DNA from: Eledone cirrhosa
Taxonomy: Eukaryota
Length of the DNA: 64,000 nt
Direction of reading: 5' to 3'
Assembly: GCA_964016885.1 (NCBI GenBank)
Contig: OZ024743.1
Coordinates: forward strand, 234,112,001-234,176,000
A program made the translations under genes and the position numbers. The notes below the pieces were generated by a model. It did no database searches. It had not been told where the DNA came from and worked only from the letters and a program-made list of their open reading frames with translations. Positions 10,401 through 23,900 of this stretch are shown piece after piece. Numbering within the stretch: position 1 is the first letter of the stretch; each line of letters starts with the position of its first letter.

Positions 10401-13400
10401 TTGATTTTAAGGAGATATCTTGCTGAAATTCACGCCACACATAGCCAATGAGTGTCTGCACAGGTACCAGTAATTACAGATCGATCCGACCACGGGCGGC
10501 CGGCCCGCGATTGAAAAGGTAACTCCGCCGGCAAATCGTCATTTTTGGATTCGTTTTCTTCGAAGCACACCATTCGCCGGCGGACTTTGTTGACGTTTAA
10601 CACGGTTTGGTTCCACAGCCACAACTATTGATTTTACGGAGATATCTTGCTGAAATTCACGCCACACATAGCCAATGAGTGTCTGCACATGTACCAGTAA
10701 TTACAGATCGATCCGACCACGGGCGGCCGGCCCGCGATTGAAAAGGTAACTCCGCCGGCAAATCGTCATTTTTGGATTCGTTTTCTTCGAAGCACACCAT
10801 TCGCCGGCGGACTTTGTTGACGTTTAACACGGTTTGGTTCCACAGCCACAACTATTGATTTTACGGAGATATCTTGCTGAAATTCACGCCACACATAGCC
10901 AATGAGTGTCTGCACATGTACCAGTAATTACAGATCGATCCGACCACGGGCGGCCGGCCCGCGATTGAAAAGGTAACTCCGCCGGCAAATCGTCATTTTT
11001 GGATTCGTTTTCTTCGAAGCACACCATTCGCCGGCTGACTTTGTTGACGTTTAACACGGTTTGGTTCCACAGCCACAACTATTGATTTTAAGGAGATATC
11101 TTGCTGAAATTCACGCCACACATAGCCAATGAGTGTCTGCACAGGTACCAGTAATTACAGATCGATCCGACCACGGGCGGCCGGCCCGCGATTGAAAAGG
11201 TAACTCCGCCGGCAAATCGTCATTTTTGGATTCGTTTTCTTCGAAGCACACCATTCGCCGGCGGACTTTGTTGACGTTTAACACGGTTTGGTTCCACAGC
11301 CACAACTATTGATTTTACGGAGATATCTTGCTGAAATTCACGCCACACATAGCCAATGAGTCTCTGCACATGTACAAGTAATTACAGATCGATCCGACCA
11401 CGGGCGGCCGGCCCGCGATTGAAAAGGTAACTCCGCCGGCAAATCGTCATTTTTGGATTCGTTTTCTTCGAAGCACACCATTCGCCGGCGGACTTTGTTG
11501 ACGTTTAACACGGTTTGGTTCCACAGCCACAACTATTGATTTTACGGAGATATCTTGCTGAAATTCACGCCACACATAGCCAATGAGTGTCTGCACATGT
11601 ACCAGTAATTACAGATCGATCCGACCACGGGCGGTCGGTTTGCGATTGAAAAGGTAACTCCGCCGGCAAATCGTCATTTTTGGATTCGTTTTCTTCGAAG
11701 CACACCATTCGCCGGCTGACTTTGTTGACGTTTAACACGGTTTGGTTCCACAGCCACAACTATTGATTTTAAGGAGATATCTTGCTGAAATTCACGCCAC
11801 ACATAGCCAATGAGTGTCTGCACAGGTACCAGTAATTACAGATCGATCCGACCACGGGCGGCCGGCCCGCGATTGAAAAGGTAACTCCGCCGGCAAATCG
11901 TCATTTTTGGATTCGTTTTCTTCGAAGCACACCATTCGCCGGCGGACTTTGTTGACGTTTAACACGGTTTGGTTCCACAGCCACAACTATTGATTTTACG
12001 GAGATATCTTGCTGAAATTCACGCCACACATAGCCAATGAGTCTCTGCACATGTACAAGTAATTACAGATCGATCCGACCACGGGCGGCCGGCCCGCGAT
12101 TGAAAAGGTAACTCCGCCGGCAAATCGTCATTTTTGGATTCGTTTTCTTCGAAGCACACCATTCGCCGGCGGACTTTGTTGACGTTTAACACGGTTTGGT
12201 TCCACAGCCACAACTATTGATTTTACGGAGATATCTTGCTGAAATTCACGCCACACATAGCCAATGAGTGTCTGCACATGTACCAGTAATTACAGATCGA
12301 TCCGACCACGGGCGGTCGGTTTGCGATTGAAAAGGTAACTCCGCCGGCAAATCGTCATTTTTGGATTCGTTTTCTTCGAAGCACACCATTCGCCGGCTGA
12401 CTTTGTTGACGTTTAACACGGTTTGGTTCCACAGCCACAACTATTGATTTTAAGGAGATATCTTGCTGAAATTCACGCCACACATAGCCAATGAGTGTCT
12501 GCACAGGTACCAGTAATTACAGATCGATCCGACCACGGGCGGCCGGCCCGCGATTGAAAAGGTAACTCCGCCGGCAAATCGTCATTTTTGGATTCGTTTT
12601 CTTCGAAGCACACCATTCGCCGGCGGACTTTGTTGACGTTTAACACGGTTTGGTTCCACAGCCACAACTATTGATTTTACGGAGATATCTTGCTGAAATT
12701 CACGCCACACATAGCCAATGAGTGTCTGCACATGTACCAGTAATTACAGATCGATCCGACCACGGGCGGCCGGCCCGCGATTGAAAAGGTAACTCCGCCG
12801 GCAAATCGTCATTTTTGGATTCGTTTTCTTCGAAGCACACCATTCGCCGGCTGACTTTGTTGACGTTTAACACGGTTTGGTTCCACAGCCACAACTATTG
12901 ATTTTAAGGAGATATCTTGCTGAAATTCACGCCACACATAGCCAATGAGTGTCTGCACAGGTACCAGTAATTACAGATCGATCCGACCACGGGCGGCCGG
13001 CCCGCGATTGAAAAGGTAACTCCGCCGGCAAATCGTCATTTTTGGATTCGTTTTCTTCGAAGCACACCATTCGCCGGCGGACTTTGTTGACGTTTAACAC
13101 GGTTTGGTTCCACAGCCACAACTATTGATTTTACGGAGATATCTTGCTGAAATTCACGCCACACATAGCCAATGAGTCTCTGCACATGTACAAGTAATTA
13201 CAGATCGATCCGACCACGGGCGGCCGGCCCACGATTGAAAAGGTAACTCCGCCGGCAAATCGTCATTTTTGGATTCGTTTTCTTCGAAGCACACCATTCG
13301 CCGGCGGACTTTGTTGACGTTTAACACGGTTTGGTTCCACAGCCACAACTATTGATTTTACGGAGATATCTTGCTGAAATTCACGCCACACATAGCCAAT

Positions 13401-16400
13401 GAGTGTCTGCACATGTACCAGTAATTACAGATCGATCCGACCACGGGCGGTCGGTTTGCGATTGAAAAGGTAACTCCGCCGGCAAATCGTCATTTTTGGA
13501 TTCGTTTTCTTCGAAGCACACCATTCGCCGGCTGACTTTGTTGACGTTTAACACGGTTTGGTTCCACAGCCACAACTATTGATTTTAAGGAGATATCTTG
13601 CTGAAATTCACGCCACACATAGCCAATGAGTGTCTGCACAGGTACCAGTAATTACAGATCGATCCGACCACGGGCGGCCGGCCCGCGATTGAAAAGGTAA
13701 CTCCGCCGGCAAATCGTCATTTTTGGATTCGTTTTCTTCGAAGCACACCATTCGCCGGCGGACTTTGTTGACGTTTAACACGGTTTGGTTCCACAGCCAC
13801 AACTATTGATTTTACGGAGATATCTTGCTGAAATTCACGCCACACATAGCCAATGAGTGTCTGCACATGTACCAGTAATTACAGATCGATCCGACCACGG
13901 GCGGCCGGCCCGCGATTGAAAAGGTAACTCCGCCGGCAAATCGTCATTTTTGGATTCGTTTTCTTCGAAGCACACCATTCGCCGGCGGACTTTGTTGACG
14001 TTTAACACGGTTTGGTTCCACAGCCACAACTATTGATTTTACGGAGATATCTTGCTGAAATTCACGCCACACATAGCCAATGAGTGTCTGCACATGTACC
14101 AGTAATTACAGATCGATCCGACCACGGGCGGCCGGCCCGCGATTGAAAAGGTAACTCCGCCGGCAAATCGTCATTTTTGGATTCGTTTTCTTCGAAGCAC
14201 ACCATTCGCCGGCGGACTTTGTTGACGTTTAACACGGTTTGGTTCCACAGCCACAACTATTGATTTTACGGAGATATCTTGCTGAAATTCACGCCACACA
14301 TAGCCAATGAGTGTCTGCACATGTACCAGTAATTACAGATCGATCCGACCACGGGCGGCCGGCCCGCGATTGAAAAGGTAACTCCGCCGGCAAATCGTCA
14401 TTTTTGGATTCGTTTTCTTCGAAGCACACCATTCGCCGGCGGACTTTGTTGACGTTTAACACGGTTTGGTTCCACAGCCACAACTATTGATTTTACGGAG
14501 ATATCTTGCTGAAATTCACGCCACACATAGCCAATGAGTCTCTGCACATGTACCATTAATTACAGATCGATCCGACCACGGGCGGTCGGTTTGCGATTAA
14601 AAAGGTAACTCCGCCGGCAAATCGTCATTTTTGGATTCGTTTTCTTCGAAGCACACCATTCGCCGGCTGACTTTGTTGACGTTTAACACGGTTTGGTTCC
14701 ACAGCCACAACTATTGATTTTAAGGAGATATCTTGCTGAAATTCACGCCACACATAGCCAATGAGTGTCTGCACATGTACCAGTAATTACAGATCGATCC
14801 GACCACGGGCGGCCGGCCCGCGATTGAAAAGGTAACTCCGCCGGCAAATCGTCATTTTTGGATTCGTTTTCTTCGAAGCACACCATTCGCCGGCGGACTT
14901 TGTTGACGTTTAACACGGTTTGGTTCCACAGCCACAACTATTGATTTTACGGAGATATCTTGCTGAAATTCACGCCACACATAGCCAATGAGTCTCTGCA
15001 CATGTACCATTAATTACAGATCGATCCGACCACGGGCGGTCGGTTTGCGATTGAAAAGGTAACTCCGCCGGCAAATCGTCATTTTTGGATTCGTTTTCTT
15101 CGAAGCACACCATTCGCCGGCTGACTTTGTTGACGTTTAACACGGTTTGGTTCCACAGCCACAACTATTGATTTTAAGGAGATATCTTGCTGAAATTCAC
15201 GCCACACATAGCCAATGAGTGTCTGCACAGGTACCAGTAATTACAGATCGATCCGACCACGGGCGGCCGGCCCGCGATTGAAAAGGTAACTCCGCCGGCA
15301 AATCGTCATTTTTGGATTCGTTTTCTTCGAAGCACACCATTCGCCGGCGGACTTTGTTGACGTTTAACACGGTTTGGTTCCACAGCCACAACTATTGATT
15401 TTACGGAGATATCTTGCTGAAATTCACGCCACACATAGCCAATGAGTGTCTGCACATGTACCAGTAATTACAGATCGATCCGACCACGGGCGGCCGGCCC
15501 GCGATTGAAAAGGTAACTCCGCCGGCAAATCGTCATTTTTGGATTCGTTTTCTTCGAAGCACACCATTCGCCGGCGGACTTTGTTGACGTTTAACACGGT
15601 TTGGTTCCACAGCCACAACTATTGATTTTACGGAGATATCTTGCTGAAATTCACGCCACACATAGCCAATGAGTGTCTGCACATGTACCAGTAATTACAG
15701 ATCGATCCGACCACGGGCGGCCGGCCCGCGATTGAAAAGGTAACTCCGCCGGCAAATCGTCATTTTTGGATTCGTTTTCTTCGAAGCACACCATTCGCCG
15801 GCTGACTTTGTTGACGTTTAACACGGTTTGGTTCCACAGCCACAACTATTGATTTTAAGGAGATATCTTGCTGAAATTCACGCCACACATAGCCAATGAG
15901 TGTCTGCACAGGTACCAGTAATTACAGATCGATCCGACCACGGGCGGCCGGCCCGCGATTGAAAAGGTAACTCCGCCGGCAAATCGTCATTTTTGGATTC
16001 GTTTTCTTCGAAGCACACCATTCGCCGGCGGACTTTGTTGACGTTTAACACGGTTTGGTTCCACAGCCACAACTATTGATTTTACGGAGATATCTTGCTG
16101 AAATTCACGCCACACATAGCCAATGAGTCTCTGCACATGTACAAGTAATTACAGATCGATCCGACCACGGGCGGCCGGCCCGCGATTGAAAAGGTAACTC
16201 CGCCGGCAAATCGTCATTTTTGGATTCGTTTTCTTCGAAGCACACCATTCGCCGGCGGACTTTGTTGACGTTTAACACGGTTTGGTTCCACAGCCACAAC
16301 TATTGATTTTACGGAGATATCTTGCTGAAATTCACGCCACACATAGCCAATGAGTGTCTGCACATGTACCAGTAATTACAGATCGATCCGACCACGGGCG

Positions 16401-17920
16401 GTCGGTTTGCGATTGAAAAGGTAACTCCGCCGGCAAATCGTCATTTTTGGATTCGTTTTCTTCGAAGCACACCATTCGCCGGCTGACTTTGTTGACGTTT
16501 AACACGGTTTGGTTCCACAGCCACAACTATTGATTTTAAGGAGATATCTTGCTGAAATTCACGCCACACATAGCCAATGAGTGTCTGCACAGGTACCAGT
16601 AATTACAGATCGATCCGACCACGGGCGGCCGGCCCGCGATTGAAAAGGTAACTCCGCCGGCAAATCGTCATTTTTGGATTCGTTTTCTTCGAAGCACACC
16701 ATTCGCCGGCGGACTTTGTTGACGTTTAACACGGTTTGGTTCCACAGCCACAACTATTGATTTTACGGAGATATCTTGCTGAAATTCACGCCACACATAG
16801 CCAATGAGTGTCTGCACATGTACCAGTAATTACAGATCGATCCGACCACGGGCGGCCGGCCCGCGATTGAAAAGGTAACTCCGCCGGCAAATCGTCATTT
16901 TTGGATTCGTTTTCTTCGAAGCACACCATTCGCCGGCGGACTTTGTTGACGTTTAACACGGTTTGGTTCCACAGCCACAACTATTGATTTTACGGAGATA
17001 TCTTGCTGAAATTCACGCCACACATAGCCAATGAGTGTCTGCACATGTACCAGTAATTACAGATCGATCCGACCACGGGCGGCCGGCCCGCGATTGAAAA
17101 GGTAACTCCGCCGGCAAATCGTCATTTTTGGATTCGTTTTCTTCGAAGCACACCATTCGCCGGCTGACTTTGTTGACGTTTAACACGGTTTGGTTCCACA
17201 GCCACAACTATTGATTTTAAGGAGATATCTTGCTGAAATTCACGCCACACATAGCCAATGAGTGTCTGCACAGGTACCAGTAATTACAGATCGATCCGAC
17301 CACGGGCGGCCGGCCCGCGATTGAAAAGGTAACTCCGCCGGCAAATCGTCATTTTTGGATTCGTTTTCTTCGAAGCACACCATTCGCCGGCGGACTTTGT
17401 TGACGTTTAACACGGTTTGGTTCCACAGCCACAACTATTGATTTTACGGAGATATCTTGCTGAAATTCACGCCACACATAGCCAATGAGTCTCTGCACAT
17501 GTACAAGTAATTACAGATCGATCCGACCACGGGCGGCCGGCCCGCGATTGAAAAGGTAACTCCGCCGGCAAATCGTCATTTTTGGATTCGTTTTCTTCGA
17601 AGCACACCATTCGCCGGCGGACTTTGTTGACGTTTAACACGGTTTGGTTCCACAGCCACAACTATTGATTTTACGGAGATATCTTGCTGAAATTCACGCC
17701 ACACATAGCCAATGAGTGTCTGCACATGTACCAGTAATTACAGATCGATCCGACCACGGGCGGTCGGTTTGCGATTGAAAAGGTAACTCCGCCGGCAAAT
17801 CGTCATTTTTGGATTCGTTTTCTTCGAAGCACACCATTCGCCGGCTGACTTTGTTGACGTTTAACACGGTTTGGTTCCACAGCCACAACTATTGATTTTA
17901 AGGAGATATCTTGCTGAAAT
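7479..17920. repeat. Block duplication: ~7479-11791 recurs at ~13608-17920 (offset 6,129 bp = 27 monomers)
   Basis: The same succession of 19 monomer types appears in the ORF track (e.g. 8841/14970, 9976/16105, 11338/17467). The second copy has one private G>A in the monomer at 14516. Confidence 0.8.
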
Positions 17921-20900
17921 TCACGCCACACATAGCCAATGAGTGTCTGCACAGGTACCAGTAATTACAGATCGATCCGACCACGGGCGGCCGGCCCGCG
18001 ATTGAAAAGGTAACTCCGCCGGCAAATCGTCATTTTTGGATTCGTTTTCTTCGAAGCACACCATTCGCCGGCTGACTTTGTTGACGTTTAACACGGTTTG
18101 GTTCCACAGCCACAACTATTGATTTTAAGGAGATATCTTGCTGAAATTCACGCCACACATAGCCAATGAGTGTCTGCACAGGTACCAGTAATTACAGATC
18201 GATCCGACCACGGGCGGCCGGCCCGCGATTGAAAAGGTAACTCCGCCGGCAAATCGTCATTTTTGGATTCGTTTTCTTCGAAGCACACCATTCGCCGGCG
18301 GACTTTGTTGACGTTTAACACGGTTTGGTTCCACAGCCACAACTATTGATTTTACGGAGATATCTTGCTGAAATTCACGCCACACATAGCCAATGAGTCT
18401 CTGCACATGTACAAGTAATTACAGATCGATCCGACCACGGGCGGCCGGCCCGCGATTGAAAAGGTAACTCCGCCGGCAAATCGTCATTTTTGGATTCGTT
18501 TTCTTCGAAGCACACCATTCGCCGGCGGACTTTGTTGACGTTTAACACGGTTTGGTTCCACAGCCACAACTATTGATTTTACGGAGATATCTTGCTGAAA
18601 TTCACGCCACACATAGCCAATGAGTGTCTGCACATGTACCAGTAATTACAGATCGATCCGACCACGGGCGGTCGGTTTGCGATTGAAAAGGTAACTCCGC
18701 CGGCAAATCGTCATTTTTGGATTCGTTTTCTTCGAAGCACACCATTCGCCGGCTGACTTTGTTGACGTTTAACACGGTTTGGTTCCACAGCCACAACTAT
18801 TGATTTTAAGGAGATATCTTGCTGAAATTCACGCCACACATAGCCAATGAGTGTCTGCACAGGTACCAGTAATTACAGATCGATCCGACCACGGGCGGCC
18901 GGCCCGCGATTGAAAAGGTAACTCCGCCGGCAAATCGTCATTTTTGGATTCGTTTTCTTCGAAGCACACCATTCGCCGGCGGACTTTGTTGACGTTTAAC
19001 ACGGTTTGGTTCCACAGCCACAACTATTGATTTTACGGAGATATCTTGCTGAAATTCACGCCACACATAGCCAATGAGTGTCTGCACATGTACCAGTAAT
19101 TACAGATCGATCCGACCACGGGCGGCCGGCCCGCGATTGAAAAGGTAACTCCGCCGGCAAATCGTCATTTTTGGATTCGTTTTCTTCGAAGCACACCATT
19201 CGCCGGCGGACTTTGTTGACGTTTAACACGGTTTGGTTCCACAGCCACAACTATTGATTTTACGGAGATATCTTGCTGAAATTCACGCCACACATAGCCA
19301 ATGAGTGTCTGCACATGTACCAGTAATTACAGATCGATCCGACCACGGGCGGCCGGCCCGCGATTGAAAAGGTAACTCCGCCGGCAAATCGTCATTTTTG
19401 GATTCGTTTTCTTCGAAGCACACCATTCGCCGGCTGACTTTGTTGACGTTTAACACGGTTTGGTTCCACAGCCACAACTATTGATTTTAAGGAGATATCT
19501 TGCTGAAATTCACGCCACACATAGCCAATGAGTGTCTGCACAGGTACCAGTAATTACAGATCGATCCGACCACGGGCGGCCGGCCCGCGATTGAAAAGGT
19601 AACTCCGCCGGCAAATCGTCATTTTTGGATTCGTTTTCTTCGAAGCACACCATTCGCCGGCGGACTTTGTTGACGTTTAACACGGTTTGGTTCCACAGCC
19701 ACAACTATTGATTTTACGGAGATATCTTGCTGAAATTCACGCCACACATAGCCAATGAGTCTCTGCACATGTACAAGTAATTACAGATCGATCCGACCAC
19801 GGGCGGCCGGCCCACGATTGAAAAGGTAACTCCGCCGGCAAATCGTCATTTTTGGATTCGTTTTCTTCGAAGCACACCATTCGCCGGCGGACTTTGTTGA
19901 CGTTTAACACGGTTTGGTTCCACAGCCACAACTATTGATTTTACGGAGATATCTTGCTGAAATTCACGCCACACATAGCCAATGAGTGTCTGCACATGTA
20001 CCAGTAATTACAGATCGATCCGACCACGGGCGGTCGGTTTGCGATTGAAAAGGTAACTCCGCCGGCAAATCGTCATTTTTGGATTCGTTTTCTTCGAAGC
20101 ACACCATTCGCCGGCTGACTTTGTTGACGTTTAACACGGTTTGGTTCCACAGCCACAACTATTGATTTTAAGGAGATATCTTGCTGAAATTCACGCCACA
20201 CATAGCCAATGAGTGTCTGCACAGGTACCAGTAATTACAGATCGATCCGACCACGGGCGGCCGGCCCGCGATTGAAAAGGTAACTCCGCCGGCAAATCGT
20301 CATTTTTGGATTCGTTTTCTTCGAAGCACACCATTCGCCGGCGGACTTTGTTGACGTTTAACACGGTTTGGTTCCACAGCCACAACTATTGATTTTACGG
20401 AGATATCTTGCTGAAATTCACGCCACACATAGCCAATGAGTGTCTGCACATGTACCAGTAATTACAGATCGATCCGACCACGGGCGGCCGGCCCGCGATT
20501 GAAAAGGTAACTCCGCCGGCAAATCGTCATTTTTGGATTCGTTTTCTTCGAAGCACACCATTCGCCGGCTGACTTTGTTGACGTTTAACACGGTTTGGTT
20601 CCACAGCCACAACTATTGATTTTAAGGAGATATCTTGCTGAAATTCACGCCACACATAGCCAATGAGTGTCTGCACATGTACCAGTAATTACAGATCGAT
20701 CCGACCACGGGCGGTCGGTTTGCGATTGAAAAGGTAACTCCGCCGGCAAATCGTCATTTTTGGATTCGTTTTCTTCGAAGCACACCATTCGCCGGCGGAC
20801 TTTGTTGACGTTTAACACGGTTTGGTTCCACAGCCACAACTATTGATTTTACGGAGATATCTTGCTGAAATTCACGCCACACATAGCCAATGAGTGTCTG

Positions 20901-23900
20901 CACATGTACCAGTAATTACAGATCGATCCGACCACGGGCGGCCGGCCCGCGATTGAAAAGGTAACTCCGCCGGCAAATCGTCATTTTTGGATTCGTTTTC
21001 TTCGAAGCACACCATTCGCCGGCGGACTTTGTTGACGTTTAACACGGTTTGGTTCCACAGCCACAACTATTGATTTTACGGAGATATCTTGCTGAAATTC
21101 ACGCCACACATAGCCAATGAGTCTCTGCACATGTACCATTAATTACAGATCGATCCGACCACGGGCGGTCGGTTTGCGATTGAAAAGGTAACTCCGCCGG
21201 CAAATCGTCATTTTTGGATTCGTTTTCTTCGAAGCACACCATTCGCCGGCTGACTTTGTTGACGTTTAACACGGTTTGGTTCCACAGCCACAACTATTGA
21301 TTTTAAGGAGATATCTTGCTGAAATTCACGCCACACATAGCCAATGAGTGTCTGCACAGGTACCAGTAATTACAGATCGATCCGACCACGGGCGGCCGGC
21401 CCGCGATTGAAAAGGTAACTCCGCCGGCAAATCGTCATTTTTGGATTCGTTTTCTTCGAAGCACACCATTCGCCGGCGGACTTTGTTGACGTTTAACACG
21501 GTTTGGTTCCACAGCCACAACTATTGATTTTACGGAGATATCTTGCTGAAATTCACGCCACACATAGCCAATGAGTGTCTGCACATGTACCAGTAATTAC
21601 AGATCGATCCGACCACGGGCGGCCGGCCCGCGATTGAAAAGGTAACTCCGCCGGCAAATCGTCATTTTTGGATTCGTTTTCTTCGAAGCACACCATTCGC
21701 CGGCGGACTTTGTTGACGTTTAACACGGTTTGGTTCCACAGCCACAACTATTGATTTTACGGAGATATCTTGCTGAAATTCACGCCACACATAGCCAATG
21801 AGTGTCTGCACATGTACCAGTAATTACAGATCGATCCGACCACGGGCGGCCGGCCCGCTATTGAAAAGGTAACTCCGCCGGCAAATCGTCATTTTTGGAT
21901 TCGTTTTCTTCGAAGCACACCATTCGCCGGCGGACTTTGTTGACGTTTAACACGGTTTGGTTCCACAGCCACAACTATTGATTTTACGGAGATATCTTGC
22001 TGAAATTCACGCCACACATAGCCAATGAGTGTCTGCACATGTACCAGTAATTACAGATCGATCCGACCACGGGCGGCCGGCCCGCGATTGAAAAGGTAAC
22101 TCCGCCGGCAAATCGTCATTTTTGGATTCGTTTTCTTCGAAGCACACCATTCGCCGGCGGACTTTGTTGACGTTTAACACGGTTTGGTTCCACAGCCACA
22201 ACTATTGATTTTACGGAGATATCTTGCTGAAATTCACGCCACACATAGCCAATGAGTCTCTGCACATGTACCATTAATTACAGATCGATCCGACCACGGG
22301 CGGTCGGTTTGCGATTGAAAAGGTAACTCCGCCGGCAAATCGTCATTTTTGGATTCGTTTTCTTCGAAGCACACCATTCGCCGGCTGACTTTGTTGACGT
22401 TTAACACGGTTTGGTTCCACAGCCACAACTATTGATTTTAAGGAGATATCTTGCTGAAATTCACGCCACACATAGCCAATGAGTGTCTGCACATGTACCA
22501 GTAATTACAGATCGATCCGACCACGGGCGGCCGGCCCGCGATTGAAAAGGTAACTCCGCCGGCAAATCGTCATTTTTGGATTCGTTTTCTTCGAAGCACA
22601 CCATTCGCCGGCGGACTTTGTTGACGTTTAACACGGTTTGGTTCCACAGCCACAACTATTGATTTTACGGAGATATCTTGCTGAAATTCACGCCACACAT
22701 AGCCAATGAGTGTCTGCACATGTACCAGTAATTACAGATCGATCCGACCACGGGCGGCCGGCCCGCGATTGAAAAGGTAACTCCGCCGGCAAATCGTCAT
22801 TTTTGGATTCGTTTTCTTCGAAGCACACCATTCGCCGGCGGACTTTGTTGACGTTTAACACGGTTTGGTTCCACAGCCACAACTATTGATTTTACGGAGA
22901 TATCTTGCTGAAATTCACGCCACACATAGCCAATGAGTGTCTGCACATGTACCAGTAATTACAGATCGATCCGACCACGGGCGGCCGGCCCGCGATTGAA
23001 AAGGTAACTCCGCCGGCAAATCGTCATTTTTGGATTCGTTTTCTTCGAAGCACACCATTCGCCGGCGGACTTTGTTGACGTTTAACACGGTTTGGTTCCA
23101 CAGCCACAACTATTGATTTTACGGAGATATCTTCCTGAAATTCACGCCACACATAGCCAATGAGTGTCTGCACATGTACCAGTAATTACAGATCGATCCG
23201 ACCACGGACGGCCGGTTTGCGATTGAAAAGGTAACTCCGCCGGCAAATCGTCATTTTTGGATTCGTTTTCTTCGAAGCACACCATTCGCCGGCGGACTTT
23301 GTTGACGTTTAACACGGTTTGGTTCCACAGCCACAACTATTGATTTTACGGAGATATCTTGCTGAAATTCACGCCACACATAGCCAATGAGTGTCTGCAC
23401 ATGTACCAGTAATTACAGATCGATCCGACCACGGGCGGCCGGCCCGCGATTGAAAAGGTAACTCCGCCGGCAAATCGTCATTTTTGGATTCGTTTTCTTC
23501 GAAGCACACCATTCGCCGGCGGACTTTGTTGACGTTTAACACGGTTTGGTTCCACAGCCACAACTATTGATTTTACGGAGATATCTTGCTGAAATTCACG
23601 CCACACATAGCCAATGAGTGTCTGCACATGTACCAGTAATTACAGATCGATCCGACCACGGGCGGCCGGCCCGCGATTGAAAAGGTAACTCCGCCGGCAA
23701 ATCGTCATTTTTGGATTCGTTTTCTTCGAAGCACACCATTCGCCGGCGGACTTTGTTGACGTTTAACACGGTTTGGTTCCACAGCCACAACTATTGATTT
23801 TACGGAGATATCTTGCTGAAATTCACGCCACACATAGCCAATGAGTCTCTGCACATGTACCAGTAATTACAGATCGATCCGACCACGGGCGGTCGGTTTG

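Larger units (their letters stand above)
1..22493. repeat. Block duplication: 1-5014 recurs at 17480-22493 (offset 17,479 bp = 77 monomers)
   Basis: The order of monomer variants is identical. Rare markers cccAcg (2335/19814) and cgcTa (4380/21859) are exactly 17,479 apart. The first mismatch seen is at 5015/22494. Confidence 0.9.
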
